Shown here piece after piece: positions 25,698-26,515 of a DNA stretch of 26,515 nt. The stretch spans positions 1 through 26,515 of IMG/VR virus record IMGVR_UViG_3300002138_000190; one strand, given 5' to 3'. The position numbers and the translations under genes were made by a program. The notes below the pieces were generated by a model. That model was not told the DNA's origin and did not search any database. It was given only the letters and a program-made list of their open reading frames with translations. Numbering within the stretch: position 1 is the first letter of the stretch; each line of letters opens with the position of its first letter. Origin of the DNA: a virus.

Positions 25698-26279
25698 ATG
25701 TATATTTCATTCAAAAATTGGTTAGAAGTAAATACTTTTGGAACTAAAGAAGTTGACGAAAGTAAAATTGATGTTATTTATGATAAAGCCAAAATTAGTG
25801 TTAAATTAGTGCAGATGTTTAACGAGAAGCTTCTTTATAACATTAATACTATTATACCCTTGCAATCTGGTGTTTATGGGCTTTATAGCTCTGCTAAAAA
25901 TCAAAAAGTAATAGATCAAAGTGAAGCAGAAAAAATAAGATTAAAATTTGGAAATGATGTTATTGAAAAACATAAAGTTAATATGATTCCTAATGTTGTT
26001 TTAAAACAACAAATACCTAATCTTGATTTAAATAAAATACATCCATCTGACACTATTGAAGTAAATATTAGTAAAATATTGAAGGAGCTTGGAAATACAA
26101 AAAGAGCAGTAATAGAAATTGCAAGTACCATTGTTCATGAAGCAACTCATGAAAATGAATTGCAAACAAAAGGATCAACCAATGAAATTGGCCCCAAAGC
26201 TGCGGAAGTTCAATTTTTAAATTGGGTTAAATTACATCAAGATATTGTTAATAATTTAATGCGGGATTTACCTGACTAA
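25698..26279 (+). CDS. HExxH zinc metallopeptidase-like protein with CTS-like N-terminus
   Basis: IASTIVHEATHE...NE...AE; begins MYISFKNWLE; ATAAATA-N4-ATG upstream. Confidence 0.75.
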   Translation: MYISFKNWLEVNTFGTKEVDESKIDVIYDKAKISVKLVQMFNEKLLYNINTIIPLQSGVYGLYSSAKNQKVIDQSEAEKIRLKFGNDVIEKHKVNMIPNVVLKQQIPNLDLNKIHPSDTIEVNISKILKELGNTKRAVIEIASTIVHEATHENELQTKGSTNEIGPKAAEVQFLNWVKLHQDIVNNLMRDLPD

Positions 26280-26302
26280 TTAATTTTTAAAAATTAATAT
26301 TT

Positions 26303-26515
26303 TTATGGTGGTGGAGCTTCTGTTGTTGTTGGTGCTTCCGTTGTTGTTGGTGCTGCCGTTGTTGTTGGTGCTGCCGTTGTTGTTGGTGCTGCCGTTGTTG
26401 TTGGTGCTGCCGTTGTCGTTGTGCCTATTTGACAGCTTAAATAAATACAAGTTGAAAAATCACCTAAACCGAACCTCTCAATAATATAAGATCCATTAAC
26501 ATCTATAAATGTTCC
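26303..26515 (-). CDS. 3' end of a protein with a (TTTAAP)n mucin-like tail (start outside the window)
   Basis: Open frame GTFIDVNGSYIIERFGLGDFSTCIYLSCQIGTTTTAAPTTTAAP...TTTEAPPP*. Confidence 0.75.
   Translation of the reverse strand, partial: GTFIDVNGSYIIERFGLGDFSTCIYLSCQIGTTTTAAPTTTAAPTTTAAPTTTAAPTTTEAPTTTEAPPP
26314..26423 (-). repeat. 18-nt coding repeat (TTTAAP/TTTEAP, about 6 units)
   Basis: gttgttgttggtgctgcc units on the + strand. Confidence 0.9.

Noticed and set aside
1-26515. Bacterial chromosome or eukaryotic giant virus origin
   Set aside because: T4-like neck genes, Shine-Dalgarno sites, absence of housekeeping operons and the many hypothetical genes favour a large bacteriophage. 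The host cannot be determined from this window.

Overview
Very AT-rich, gene-dense window with frequent strand switches. It is most consistent with the virion/late region of a large T4-superfamily (jumbo) phage, since it carries gp13-like (16773-17648) and gp14-like (21589-22122) neck proteins and several beta-rich or repeat-containing putative virion proteins. Accessory genes include two paralogous TPR + GT9-like glycosyltransferases, a FkbM methyltransferase, an ISP-type subtilisin, a McsA-like Zn protein, a degenerate phiEco32-type COOH-NH2 ligase, a Nudix hydrolase, a degenerate LAGLIDADG protein, an acyl carrier protein and a HExxH metallopeptidase. The main observations are these. (1) At least 7 otherwise mostly unrelated proteins begin with a T4 capsid-targeting-like N-terminus (M-x(1-3)-F-xx-[WY]-x-E). 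(2) Three of them form a paralog family with a YPxGY...PPxYF motif, and one is interrupted by an in-frame TAG at codon 11. (3) Glycosyl/methyl-transferases co-occur with Thr-rich mucin-like tracts in putative virion proteins, suggesting a virion glycosylation system. (4) Many genes look leaderless. All family calls come from motif recognition by eye; no database searches were run.
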